The notes under the pieces were generated by a model. That model searched no databases, was not told the origin of the DNA, and saw only the letters and a list, made by a program, of their open reading frames with translations. From Carcharhinus longimanus (lineage: Eukaryota), in contig JASCQW010000148.1 in the NCBI GenBank assembly GCA_030264375.1, forward strand, positions 12,815,648 through 12,879,647: a stretch of DNA of 64,000 bases, read 5' to 3'. Shown here one piece after another: positions 27,020 to 40,609 of the stretch. Position numbers and translations under genes: made by a program. Every line of letters starts with the position of its first letter. Within the stretch, counting starts at the first letter, position 1.

Positions 27020-28062
27020 TTTATTAATATGAAGAAATGTGATGTGGGTAATTTTGGTGGGGAAGAACATGGAGCGACAGTAAAAACTAAAGGGTACAAT
27101 TGTAAAGGGAGTCCAGGAACAGAACGATCTAGGTATGTCAAACACTGAAAATGGCAGGATGTTGAGAGAGTGATTTTAAAAAACACACACAGTATTGTAG
27201 GCTTTATTAACAGGGACATAGAGTACAAGAACAAGGAGAGTTTGTTGAGCATATATAAAACACCAGTTTGGCCTCAGTTGGAGTATTGTGATGAGTTCCT
27301 GTTGCTGTATGGAAAGATGAGTTCAGAAAAGATTCCAGGGTGAGGAACTTCAGTTATGAAGATAGATTGGGGAAGTTAGGACTACTTTCCTTGGAGAAAA
27401 GAAGGTTGAGAGGAGATTTGATAGTGCTATTCAAAATCATGAGGAGTCTAGACAAAATAGGAGGACTGAAACTGTTTTCACTCCTGAAAGGATCGAGAAC
27501 AAAAGAGCACAAATTAAAAGTAATTGGCAAAAGAAGCAAAGGCAACATGAGAAATAACTTCTTCACACAGTAAGTGGTTAAGGTCTGGATTGCATACTTG
27601 GTGGAGGCAGGTTCAACTGAAGCATTATGGGTGGCACAATGAATAGCACTGCTGCCTCACAGCACCAGGGACCTGAGTTCAGTTCCAGCCTTGGCAGACT
27701 GTGTGGAATTTACACATTCTCTCCATGTCTTCGTGGGTTTCGTCTGGATGCTCCAATTTCCTTCCACAGTCCAAAGATGAGCAGGTAGGTGGATTGGCCA
27801 TGGTAAATGCATGGGATTACAAGGCTAGGGCAGAGGGGAGGACCTGGGTGGAACACACTTTCAGAGAGTTGGTGCAGAATGGCCAATTTCTGCATGGTAG
27901 GGATTCTATGAATCAAAAAGGAAGTTGAACTATTATCTGAAAATAAAGAATGTGCAGGGTTTTGAGGAGAGGAGTATGGCACTAAGTGAATTGCTCATTC
28001 AGAGAGCTGGTGCAGACTGAATGGGCCGAATAGTTTCCTTCTGCACTGTAAAAGTTCTGTGA
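27020..28062 (+). mobile_element. CR1 LINE 3' fragment with an inserted SINE
   Basis: ORF 27340-27573 SYEDRLGKLGLLSLEKRRLRGDLIVLFKIM...RTKEHKLK. Confidence 0.85.
27628..27912 (+). mobile_element. HE1-like V-SINE
   Basis: gggtggcacaatgaatagcactgctgcctcacagcaccagggacctgagttcagttcc head; gattctatga tail. Confidence 0.8.
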
Positions 28063-29530
28063 TATGGGACCTGAAGTCCATGCAATGACAACGATTTGCT
28101 TTGAGTCTGCCAATACAATCAAGGGCTGCATTCAGAGAAACTAACTTTGAGGAACACCTGCAACAAAGAAGGCAAGGAATTTATAAAAGTATTTTAAATA
28201 TAGAAAATTCTGTCCTGTCCAATGTAGGTAGGTAATTAGCCACAGTCCACGAGGGGCCATAGGCATCTTTCGCTATTAGACAGACATAATTGGTTATATA
28301 AATTTGAGGGACATCATTCCATTGCAAGCATGGGGCAAGGCAAGGAGGCAGGTCCCAAGTCTACCTCAGCCAGAATGAAAATTGAACCCATACTGTTGGT
28401 GTCATTCTGAACGACATACTTAGCCATCTATTTAATTGTACCCTCTCCCTCCCATGTACTATTAAAACCAAACAGCTGTTTGGACTTTACAGAGTTAGCT
28501 TGTTACTGATTCACAGATGAGTGTGAAAAGAACAGTTGGGATGATACACCCTCAGATTTTTCTTTTTGTGCAAAATGGCTTTCTTCGTTGCCACCCCTGA
28601 AACATGGTTCAAATTGACATTGTGTTGGCTGGGAAACTGAGATCCATTTAAACTCACATCCTACGCCTAATGGGTCAGCACATTAACAATGCACCATGCT
28701 GCTGCAGTGACTGCAAGTTTTCTAGTCTTTTACCAGTTTTTAAAAGTATTCTCACTGGAAGATTTCATCATTGCAATGTCTCAGGTTAATATCCATACAC
28801 TTTGCTAGATTCCCATCACAACTGTACTGTATCAAATGCTTGAGAAATTCCACTGATTTAGTCTGTGTGGAGCATATGTTTCTAAGAATTGTACAATGAT
28901 AGATCATTTTTATCAAATATATTTGTATCCTGTAGAAATATCTATTAAGAAGGTACTTATACACTGAATTGGTGTTATGTTTGTTGCACACTAATNNNNN
29001 NNNNNACATATCCACATTGACTAAAACAGTTTGATGGTGTTGATTCTAATTCTAGCAGTTTTCATGTACCCAGGTTTTGTGTTTGTAGGTCACGCTCGTA
29101 AAGAATTATCAAACCCGGGCAGCAGTGTTGAACAAAGCTGTGCCAAAAGTTGACCCTGCACCGATAGTGCACCCAAAGTGCTACCAGAAGGTGAGATGGT
29201 TGCTTTTTGTGTTTACCTTTTTTAAAGTTCTATGTCTGTTACTCATTATTTCTTTGTTTGGTGATGCGGTGAGTTAGACAATTAAGTAATATGTGATCCT
29301 CATTTCCACTACAACTCACTGAGATGCAGAGAGAGTTCATGTTAAAGGGATCTGTATGATATGTCCAGTAACAATCCAATATAGATACATAAATTCACAG
29401 CATGAAGCTGCTCATAATTCAGCACATATTCATTGACAATTATGTGAAGATAATATAAAGTGATTTATTGAACTATTTTTAAGTAATTATTTGCTCATGA
29501 GTAAACCAGGAACTCAAGCATATTTTTAAT

Positions 29531-30815
29531 GGCCCAGATTTTTGCTGAGGTAGAGAGTCTCAATTGTGGCAAAAATAGCAGAAATAGCTGACAATCTTAA
29601 GACCTGCTCCTGAACATGCAACTTCCTGTTCGAGCAGATGCAGGACTGGAGTCCAGCTGAGCTTCACACATGCAAATTTTGTGGAGGTAGCTAGCCATTC
29701 AAATAAACAGCTGCCTCCACTGAAGTGGGATTTTGGTAGGCTAGGAGGTTAAAATCTAGTGTGTACAGATTAGACCAGGTAAGAGCAAGTCTGAACCTGG
29801 TGATTTGTTTGGCTAGCCAGGGTACCCCTTTGGAGAGGTAAGTTACCCCTTTGGATATATTCCTGGGACACCTTCGGAAGAGGTAAGGCACCCTTTGGAA
29901 CAGGTAGGGCACTCTTTTGAATTGATAAAATAAACATGATTGTGTATAAAAAGTGCATAAACTCAATGGAACGGTTAATGCTGTCAAAGAACTGTCAAAA
30001 CTCATTGGGACAGTCAAAACTGTCAAAGAACCATCAAACCTCATTGGAACTGTCAAAAAATTCATTGGAAATGTCAAAGTTGTCAATGGACTTAACTCTG
30101 GGTTTTAAACTGAAAAGAAACTATCAGGAGTTCATAAAAAGTCAATGCTTAATATTTCATTGTGATGGATATTTCATGAGCCTGATGGTTATCATTATAG
30201 GATTTGTACTGCAAAGACTGATTATCCAAAGTAACATTATCATAGTAGGGTGTTTGTTAGGTAAGCAACTTGATTGACAGCTTCAAGTGGTTAAATGATT
30301 GTTTGTTTGTTTTGTAAGAGATCAGTTGAATGAATTTCTATGTATTGAATGGTTTTTAATCAATGAGTTTTTTTGTTTAAAAATGTCATCAATAGAACAT
30401 AATTTTATTTTGTGTCAACATGTCTCCAGCTTGTTGCCATGAAATGGGGCAATATGGGCAAAAATGGTAGGTGGGGGCATGGATTGGCATGAGTTGGCAC
30501 TGTTGACATGGGGGCTATAAAGGCCCATGGGGATTTGGGGAACATAAATGTGTATGAGTGACCATGGGGGAGTTGGGAAGGCATGAGGTGATATAAGTTG
30601 GCATGGTTGGGGCATGGGACATGTGTAGGGAGTGAGAAGGGTGAGGGTTGCTCTTTGTTTTAGTAATTTTTTTAATGAATTGAACAAAATACTAGAGCAG
30701 AAACGCAAGCCTTCCATCTAACCTGTCTGTGCACTAGCCAGTCTCCTCACTGATTACAAGGACAGCAGGCCCGGCTTTTAATTCAGACCATCCTTTTGGA
30801 ATGAAAATTGGAACC
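29531..30815. mobile_element. Probable non-autonomous Harbinger-type element containing internal minisatellites
   Basis: TIR-like ends ggcccagattttt / gaaaattggaacc; internal repeats of about 21 bp (29820-29918) and about 39 bp (29962-30090). Confidence 0.5.
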
Positions 30816-30840
30816 TCATGCCTCCATTATTAAAGGTCAT

Positions 30841-31363
30841 GGCCGGGATTTCCTGCCCCCCAATCATGTTGCGCGGGTACATTGACGGGAGCAGGAAATA
30901 TCATGAGAACTGCAAAGTCATGTTTTACATCGGTGTAAATGCATGATGCAATTGTCCCCTCCTCCCGTCAGTGATGGGACATGTTTCCTAATGTCGAACA
31001 TCGGGAACATCATTTGAATGTATTAACATAGAATCATCAGGTCACTACACCTGAATATCCACTCCCATCAGAAAATCCACCCACATTGCCATGAGAGCTG
31101 AACGGCTTGTATCAATATTGGTCTCCCACGGCATGCAGCTGATGGGCAGACCTCCCTGGGAAGCTCAGATGAGCTCAGGAAGGAGCAGGTCATGACTGTT
31201 GCATCTTGTAAAATCCCTGACACTGCCTGGTATGTGCCATGCCTTCAGATATTTTATCTTCCAAGCACTGCACAATATAGTAAAAAAGACTGACTGCCAA
31301 TGAGCTGGATGCCACTTCTCTCATCTGAGCCAGATTAGAAAACAAAAGGGAAAATTCCTCCCA
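30841..31363. mobile_element. Non-autonomous Harbinger-type element
   Basis: Ends ggccgggatttcc / gggaaaattcctccc resemble the TIR at 4955-4967. Confidence 0.55.
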
Positions 31364-31459
31364 TATGTTTTTAACCATAAATGTGGACAGTTATGAGTTG
31401 GCGTGAAGAAATAGATGCAATTCACAATTGCCCTAATTTAAGTTTATAAACTTAAATGT

Positions 31460-32430
31460 GTTAGTAGGATGTGACAAGTGGTAAGCCACAGGGATCAGTG
31501 CCGGGGCCTCAATTTTTTACAATTCATGAAGGGACTAAAGGTACTTTTGTTAAATTTGCTGATGACACAAAGATAGGTATGAAGGTAAATTGAGAAAAGG
31601 ATGTAAGGAGGATACAAAAGGACATAGATAGGTTAGGTGTGTGAGCAAAACTCTAGCAAATAGAGTAAAATGTGGGTACATGTGAAATTGTCCATTTTGG
31701 CAGGAGGAATAAAAAGTAAACCTGTTATATAAGTGGTGAGGGATTGCAGAGCTTTGAGATAGAGATAGATTCAGGTGTCCAAGTGCATGAATACGTAGGT
31801 GCAGCAAGTAATTAGGAAAGCTAAAAGAATATTATCATTTATTATGAGGGGAATTGAATACAAAAGGAGGGAAGTTATGCTTCAATTGTCTAGGGCATAA
31901 ATAAGACCACATTTGGAGTACTGTGTATAGTATTGGTCTCCATATTTAAGGAAGGATGTAAAAGTGTTGAAAGCAGTTCGGAGAAGGTTTACCAGACTAA
32001 TATCTGGAACAGTTGGATTGTCTTCAGAGGAAAAATTGGACAGGCTGGACTTATATTGGCTGTAATTAAGTGTAAGAGCTGATTTGATTAAAATGTACAT
32101 AATCCTGAGAGATCTTGATAGGGTGGATGTGGAGAGGAATTTTCCTCTTGTGTATGAATCTAGAACTAGGGGTCACTCACTTAAAACATAAATAGGCAAA
32201 AAATTTCATTCAGAGAGTCGTGAGTCTTTGGAACTCTCTTCCTGAAAAGGTGGTGGAAGCAGAGTTTTTGAATATTTTTAAGGCAGAAGTGAATAGATTG
32301 TTGGTAAGGAAATGGGTAATGAATTATTGGGAATAAACTGGATGCAGATTTGAGGCTACTATGAGATCAGCCATGATCTTAGCGAATGATGGAACAGACT
32401 TGAGGAGGTTAATGGCCTACTCCTCATACT
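31460..32430 (+). mobile_element. CR1 LINE RT-to-3' fragment
   Basis: ccacagggatcagtgccggggcctcaa (PQGSV.GP), aaatttgctgatgacacaaagatagg (KFADDTKIG), agaccacatttggagtactgtgt (RPHLEYC). Confidence 0.9.
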
Positions 32431-33299
32431 TGTTTAGTATGCCCACTATTCCTCTAATCCAAACCCCTGGCCTCCTAACCTCCCCACTCCCATGGTCTCA
32501 AGCCCTGACCCCGGGTTTCATTACCTGGAGACTGATAGTCACAAAGCAATTTAGGTTCCATTTTGCCAGTTGGGTGTTTGTGCCATGTTGACTCTGTTGA
32601 AATGAAGCCTGAGGCTCCATGAGGGGATGCCTGAGCCTCACCATTCAGGTACTAGATGGATGCCTGAATTTCCACCCCATATTCTATGGTCAATTTGTAC
32701 TTATTGCAGATATTGTCGTTGGTACATCATTGTACCAAGAAGTTTTTACTCATCATCAAGTCTCCAATGACTAGAGCTGGACACCAATACTCAGTATGTT
32801 CTAGGTTTGACTGATACAGCACAGGCTGACTGTTTCTAGGGTTGATGCAAATATCAGTGTTCCTCAATGACATAAAAATACATAATCCCAGTAAAAGTGA
32901 GTTAGAAATTTTCACTTAATCGTTTACATTTTATAAAAGGCTGAATAAATTAAAATAATTTCACTCTTGATGCTTTTCCCTCCCTCAATTGCTACTTAAA
33001 GAATCATAAGCATTTTATAGCANNNNNNNNNNNNNNNNNNNNNNNNNNNNNNNNNNNNNNNNNNNNNNNNNNNNNNNNNNNNNNNNNNNNNNNNNNNNNN
33101 NNNNNNNNNNNNNNNNNNNNNNGAGAGGTTATAGCACAGGTTCAGCCTACCATCCCATATCCACTCATCGGGAGGTTCCATTCCTCTGTTTTTCATAAGC
33201 TTCTAATGTTTATTTTTCAACTATTTGTCTTCCCATTAAGATGCTCTTCGTGCCCCACTCTTGCTATCCCCTTGGTATAGTTCAAACCTTCACACTTTA

Positions 33300-34000
33300 A
33301 ATTCTTATGTTTATGCAATGACTATAAATTTACTGCAAAACAAGAAATCCCTATGGTTATCTGCAATCCATCGTAACTGGATTATATCAAGTATTATTAG
33401 AGATCCCATTCCACAGCCAAAGCTTCCTACCACCCCAGGATAATCCTAAGGGGCAAGGACAATTCACAAACTCTTTCCTCTATGACATATCACCTCCTCA
33501 AAATCTCTTCCTCACTCTTCCACCAACACTTCTAGCTCCAAGACTGAGGATATCATGATTTTTTTTCATCTCCAAGATTGACAGCATCTATGCAGATCCC
33601 TCCTGCACTCCCTTGTAATTGACCTTACACTCTCGTTTATTTTGGCTCTGACCCCCAGATGCCTTCCCCGCTTTACAAGCCCCATCATTCCACAAGATTC
33701 ACCACTTGTTCCCTCACCATCAAACCAAGCCTGAGCCCCTACCCTTGCTGGCATGATAAGTGGCTTCCTTGGCTCAAGGATTGTCTAACCTCTTTAATGT
33801 TAGACCAGTGCCAGTATTTTGTTCTCTCCAATTTACTTGAACATATCATAGTTTCCCAATTCCATGTCCACTTCCCAGAGATGTATTTTCCCTTGCTTAC
33901 AGCACTGAAATCGCCCTGGACAAAGTCGGCAATACTCACTACTGAGACTGCAGCCCATTATCTCACCTTGTATTTCCAACCTCACAGCTGTATTTGATAG
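33300..34000 (+). mobile_element. Old L2-type LINE ORF2 fragment
   Basis: C/T-rich decayed sequence with cacttcc..cagcactgaaatcgccctggacaaagtc (STE.AL.KV motif). Confidence 0.5.
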
Positions 34001-36056
34001 ATATTTCATCAAGGAAAGATCCAGGGCTTTGTTTGTCTATACGTGCACAAAAATGAAATTATGCTTTGTTAAATTACATTACATTGAATTGAGTTTTACT
34101 CTACGTTAAATCTCTAGGAATGTTTGGAATGGGCACAATATAAGTGGAGGAATAGATGATGGTTTAAAAACAAAGTAATTAAAATTAAATAGATCAAAGT
34201 ATTTAACATTAGCAACTCTGACTTGGAGAGTCCAAAATGGTTTTCCATCATTATGCAAATTTTGTAAAATGCTCTTGCTAGAACATACATTTCTTGTTGG
34301 TGTTAGAAAGGACATTAACTACATGTTTGGACATGAATCATCAAATTGCATCAAGAAATTAAAAGTGTTTGATCTGTGGAGTTCAAGGGAACAAGAAAAT
34401 TATGTTCCCTTAAAGTAGAAAAACGTAACTAATTATGTCAGGTCAACCAAGGTAATATAAAGAAGTTTCATTATGGTACCTGGTGTTCTTTATACAGCTG
34501 ATGAAAAATGATTTCACAAATCTCTGGAGGACACCAATATTCCACTACATCAAATATTCATCATACTTATAAAATTAACAAATTCAGTTCAACATTTCCA
34601 AATGTTTTACAACACACAGTAGAAGAAAATGATGATACCTGGTAAAATAAGTAGATCCCACAAAAAACATGAACATACTTGGTCTTTAAAGAACTTTCCA
34701 AATGAAACTTATTCTGCTTGTGTATTATTTCTACGCAATTCAGTCCACACTATCAATTGTGATGTGTTTTGACATTGTGTAACAGCAATCAGGACAGACA
34801 TCTTTTGTTTTAAAGATATATGTCATATCATTTAAATTCCCTATACCATCGCTGTGGGTTTGACTGTGGGCAAAAGCAGCAATTTCCATTTGGAAGAACA
34901 AAAGTACTGCTGACATCTTTTGGGCCATTTGGGAATGTTTGCATGACAACTTCAGTTACTGTTTTATTTTTCAACGTTTGAATGAGATGGAAACCCAAGC
35001 AGTGAGTAGTATGGTTTTTTTTAGTACTGTCTGTTGAAAATATTCTAGATAGTCACTCAAAAAAATTGTATTTTAAGGGCTTCTTTGCAAAGCCCTGCCA
35101 GTCCTCTACCCAACCTGATATCACAACCAAAGGGATCTCTTTCTGTGCATATTAAGTACTTGCCACTGGATGGCTCCCAATTTTTTTATGTTTTAATCAA
35201 GGTTAGGTGGTGGGAAATGTAAAAAAAAGCCTTCAGTTGGTCTGAGAATAGACTGGCATCAGCAAGAGCGAAGGGATGCCCATAGCAGGCATCATTGGAA
35301 TGCAACTTGTCCACTGATTTGAACAAATAGAGGACAAACTGCTTCACAGACAAGTTCTTAGTTTAAATTTTAAAATAAATATTTATGTTTTCTATTTTAA
35401 AAAATCAAAATGGGATGCATCTTGGATTCATAGAAACCATAGGAGTTTCCGTCAGCTTTAATTCTAGCTGAATGAAATACAGAGAACGTATTTCTCTAGG
35501 TTATTCATTTGTTTTATCCTGGGGAGTGGGGTTGGATTGGAGGGTATTGCATTTATTTATGTAGAGTGTGGTAGATACATAGTGTCATTATGCATGGGAT
35601 AATCTGCCTTGTATTACAAGGCATTAATTCATACAGGAGTTGGGAAAATCCAAGTCTGTTAATACTGTATAATGTCTAAGAGTATGAGGATTCTTTGCCT
35701 TATCATGTGTTTATTTTCCATTTTTTGCTGATGGGATGTCATTGAAGACAGACACAAAGGCTTTCATCTTGGTACATGTCATCAGACCAAAAGTGTTATA
35801 TATTATAGGGTTGTGTCTCATAATTTAACTGCATCAGACAGTAAAGTAATTCTGATATCCTTTCTGGTCTAATGATGTGAGGTGAGAGGTGAATCTCTGC
35901 TGTTGTCTGTCATACAAACATATAAATCTCACGCCTATCAGGTAATTCATAAATTGNNNNNNNNNNNNNNNNNNNNNNNNNNNNNNNNNNNNNNNNNNNN
36001 NNNNNNNNNNNNNNNNNNNNNNNNNNNNNNNNNNNNNNNNNNNNNNNNNNNNNNNN

Positions 36057-36480
36057 CGCGCGAAATTCCGCCTGGGCTGGAGGCTCCTCGGCTCAGTGCG
36101 CATGCGCGAGATCCCCCTCCCGCCCATTGGCCCATCCAGCCAATCGTGCCGCTCGCCCCGCAAGCACGTGACAACAATCTTCCTCTGTATTGGCTCGGAG
36201 CGCAACCCACACGGCGGCTGCGCGAAACGCCACCCTTTCCCCCCGCCCCTCCCCCAAGACCGAGCGGCGGCACTGCCCGAATGAGTGCCCTTGGGGAGGG
36301 GGGAAGGGTGAGCGTGCGCGTCTCACCCCAATGGCCGTTGGTCTCGCTCGCTCGCGCGCGCACGCACGCGCAGGGAGGCGGCGGCGGCGGCGGGACGGTG
36401 GGCTCGCGCAAGCGCGGGTCACGTGAGGGTGAGTTTTTTTTCCCTCTGGAGGGTTGAGAGCTCGAGCACCAAGAGAGGGG
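36057..36480 (+). promoter_or_regulatory. QKI: QKI CpG-island promoter
   Basis: Very high GC and CpG density against a CpG-depleted background; NRF1-type tgcgcatgcgc (36097), CCAAT boxes in both orientations (about 36126, 36140, 36189, 36328), CACGTG E-boxes (36165, 36420), (ggc)n run; directly upstream of QKI exon 1. Confidence 0.9.
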
Positions 36481-36781
36481 AAAAAAAATCCACACCAGAG
36501 CCGTTAGTGTGAGAGCTGCTGTGTGTTAGTGTGGAGGCATCGCATCGCGCAGCACACACACCACTCAACACACACAGGAGTTTAAAAAAAAAGAGAAAGA
36601 AACCCCCTGGGGGAAGCTTCTAGTAAAAGAACAAAAAAACAAAAAAAAAGAGACAGCCCAACAAGGAAAGGACGAGCGCTGTGGGACCAAGAGAAGGACG
36701 AGAGAGAGAGGCTCTTCTACGCCAGAACTTTCTCAGCGTTTTTTTTGTGTGTTTTTGGGGAGGGGGGTAGTTTGTTGGAAT

Positions 36782-36923
36782 ATGGTTGGGGAAATGGAAA
36801 ATAAGGAGCGACCAAAACCCACTCCAGACTATCTCATGCAACTGATGAACGACAAGAAGCTGATGAGTAGCCTGCCCAACTTCTGCGGCATTTTCAATCA
36901 TTTGGAGAGGTTACTGGACGAAG
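36782..36923 (+). CDS. QKI: KH domain RNA-binding protein quaking (QKI), coding exon 1 (QUA1 dimerisation domain); remaining exons lie beyond the window
   Basis: [47 protein letters not shown] is nearly identical to the vertebrate QKI N-terminus; 142-nt coding exon ending at AAG|gtatgt (phase 1 donor). Confidence 0.98.
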
Positions 36924-39900
36924 GTATGTACGGTGGCAATGGGAGGCGCGGGGAGGGGAAGGGGGAGAAACATTCCTCCACGCAGATGTAAACACGGAAA
37001 AAGGGAAAGTGCAGATCCGAGTGGCACCTTCTGTCCATCATGCGCACACTTGAAGGATATATTCTGTTAGGTTGCATTAGTTCGCAGGGAAGGGTGAGGA
37101 AGAGGATATACAGACCCCCCTCCTCCCTTCCACTCCTGGGTAAACATTCCAGGCTAAAGTGGGGAAGCATATTTGTCAATTGCCTTTATTTTTCGCTTAG
37201 AGTTTAAGGGGACGATGTGGAACAGTTTGCAGACTCTTGACATTTCCAGATAGGGTGTTTGAAAGATGAAGTAGCTGAGCATACATTTGGTAACTTGTCT
37301 TGTTTGTTTTTTGCGAGGTGGGGAGAGAATGTCGAAAGGCATTATATAATAATGAACTCTGCAAAAGCACCGAGGTAAATGCCTGGAGGTCTTGCAGCAG
37401 TGAAACCTTTGCAGCGGACATTGCACGCCTGTTCCTGATTCATTTATGTCGTGGTGAAAACGTAGTATAAATGTAGGTGTTGTGAGACTTCTTACGGTAT
37501 CAAGCAAGCCAGGCTTTGCAATGCTAATTTAGGAGATTCTTGGTTCAGTAGCTGTACAAGCGATTTGTTTGTCTCCCCGCTCCCCCCATTTCCTGTTTGG
37601 AGCAATATGAATGGATTTTATTTTTCTTTTGATTTGATGGGTTTGCGAGCGGTGCTTTCCGTGATTTGAAATATAGCGAGGCGCAGTGATTTCAACAGTG
37701 TTGGCTTCCTTATAGCCCAGCCAGGGTTTTAAATCTACATCGGCGGAGGGAGGGGGATGGAGGGGAACTAGAAAAACATATAGCTTGAGTTGAGTGATGT
37801 ACGAAACCGGGACAGAGATTAGAGAAAAATGGGGAGGTGATACCTACCCGTGAAGGGGTCGAGAAAGGAGGACTTGCAGGCAAGGACGGTGGGGTGGGAG
37901 AGATACTCGACGAGACTAAGGCAAATAATTTGGGAATTTGAGAAGTGTGTGCACCGATTAACGGGAAAAGAGCGGTTTTTAAAAAGTGAAGGGAGTAAAT
38001 GACAACATTTGATTGTCAGTTGTTTTGATCTTTACTTAGCGTGGAAAATTTGTTCGGTAATGATGTGCCAAGAAACTTCTAGCAGTTCTAATAGCTTCAG
38101 TAACTTGTGTAACTAACATCTTAAATTTTAGTCTCTTGTGGCGTGCATGAGTAAGTCAAAGTTTTTTTGCATCTGATGGAGATATTGAGATAATATTTAT
38201 TGGTCTCTGGCATTTTGAGATATTTGGGTCCATTTAGCTCAGGGTCTCTAATAATAGGCATTGCGCCAAATGTGTCAAATTGAGCTGAGTAGGGCATGTT
38301 AGTGATAACTTGAACAGGAAATCAAGCGATGGGTGGGTGGGGGACAAGATAGAGGCATGAAAGTGCTTAGGATGAAAACGAGATTGATTCCACTTTGGGT
38401 TCCTGGGTCGATCAAAGATTTATTCCGGGCGACGACACACAAGGTCTGAGTTTGAGATTGTTTCGTGTTTTCATTGATAAAGCTTCTGTGCATTTTAAAG
38501 AGGAAGCTGCAGCTGGAGGAATTAAACTTAATTTTGATTGGAGTTTCAGTGGAACAGTTTAGATTAATTCTTGCGAAAAGAGAAGCGACAGAATTAGAAT
38601 GGAGAAGGGAGAGTTTTAAAAAAGCGTAAACGAGATTTGGTCAGTCATTGACCGGTCAAGCTGTTGGTTCAGATTTCTAGACCAATTTTACTGCGATGTT
38701 ATTACGAAACACGAGCAGACTTGACGCTAAAAGGGGCGGCAAGAGAAATTGATAGGAGGAGGAAGTGGTCCTGTCCATATTGATCCAGAATGCTGCGGTA
38801 CTCCTTCCAACTAAAAAGCAACTACAAAAATTGTCTTTGGTGAACAACATCTCGAGTCGCACCACCAAATTACAAAAATAAGTTACTATGCGATTAGTAA
38901 CGAAAACCATTGGGAATAATGGTAAGACTCATTCTTGTGCAGCCGGGTTTCAGAAGGAGTGGCGTGGATGAGCTTTCCAAATGCTTACAGTAACCTTTTA
39001 AACAAGTTAATTTTCTTGTTGTAACCCATTCATTTGGAATCTGGAGTTTTCTCGCGCCCTCTCTGTTCATGCTTCTAATTCAGCCAAGCAGATAAGTCAG
39101 TTTGGTAGCATTTCCTTTTTTCAGCAAGTCAAAGATATACTAAAGTGGAAAGGAAATGCCTATAGCATTAAATCGTTGCTTCTGCTTTAGCTTTCCACGG
39201 CTTGGAACAGGATCACGTTATTGACCAACGATGCTGTTGCATAAATCTGTCAAACTTTGTAAAAGTTCCACGTTTGAGCGCTAGGGTGTGCTAAATCTTT
39301 CCGTGAGGAATCATAGAGGTTTTTCTTCTGTTACTTTCTTCGGAAACCTCAATTTTAATAAATGCGTTCTACATCAGAGGTGACTGACAACTTTCCATAG
39401 TATTCTGATCGGTGATAGGCAGCTTCGATTTCAACCATTACCGTTTGCTCCAAGTCATGGTTGCCATTCCTAGATTCGTACCCGCTGCTTCTGCAACTTC
39501 GTCTTTCATCCGCGAATCAAAATATTTTGACGTCTCTAAATAGTAAACGATGATTAATGATTTGTCTTAATTGGAAGGAAATATTTCCAGAAACTTCAAT
39601 TTACCTTCTCGCTAGATGCTAAATATAAATTGAATGTTAAAATGAAAAATTGCTCGATCCACATCTTTGAAAAACGAGTCGAAATAACTAGGACGTTATC
39701 AATGAATAATAAAAAGACAACGTTTTCTTGCACGACAGTAAATCACAATTCGTATATATATTTGTAGGGGCAGTCGGAAACGTACAAATAAATAAATCAA
39801 TGTTATAACAGTTGGTAAAACTAAATTCCAGTCTCCATAATTCAGAGAATTATACTTGAATTCGGCATACATTCTGTTAATCAATAGCTATTTTGATCAC

Positions 39901-40609
39901 ATGCTTTACATTTATTTGAATCACATGTACATGAGGATGAGGAATTTTTTTGAGCTGTTCTTCCAGAAGTTACAATAGAGCATTGAACTCTCAAATAGTT
40001 TGGTGGTAAACTTTGCGGAGGAGCCATCGCGAGCTGACTGGTCAAAGGAGTTCCTTTCCACGATTTCAGAAAACTTCTTTTGGCGGATTGTTTAAAAACA
40101 TAATTTTGTAATTGATACATATTTCTATGTTTTCAAAATGGATATCTTTGTCAGAAGAATTGGGGAAAGTGAATCTTTTCAGATACCTGTTGTAACTGTT
40201 AAATTGTTATTAAAATGGCATTCCGTGCACCCTTCTTTAGTAAACTAAGGTGATATCACAGGCTGATCTCTTATATTGAGAGGCAGGGGCTTTCCGTATT
40301 GAGATTTTCCTGGAATTGTAAGATTCCATGTTGGATTTATCAACAATAATACTACACAAGATGGAAGGCTTGTGTTACTGTATTAGGCAACAACTTTGCG
40401 CCCATATCATTTCTTTGCTCTACTGAGGGGTTTATTTAACAAGCTTTAGTGACAGACTATCTTTCTATAAGTAGTAACCATGATTTGTTTTGGTAATGAC
40501 AGTTTGAAAGCTTAGAACATAATTTGTTTGACTACGCCACTTGTAATGCTGTACAGGAAAATTAATTTCCAGTATAGATTTGAAGTGATTATGCTCTGTT
40601 GAAGATGAG

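Noticed and set aside
29820-30090. CRISPR-like repeat-spacer array
   Set aside because: Degenerate tandem units without unique spacers, in a vertebrate context with no cas genes.
1-36000. PACRG exons expected upstream of QKI from vertebrate synteny
   Set aside because: No PACRG-like peptide recognised in the ORF track or by eye; it may lie outside the window.
35834-36495. Several long overlapping ORFs on both strands
   Set aside because: By-products of the GC-rich CpG island and an N gap; low-complexity peptides with no recognisable domain.
36749-36991. 80-aa ORF as a complete protein
   Set aside because: It is QKI exon 1 extended to an upstream GTG and read through the splice donor; the true coding part is 36782-36923.
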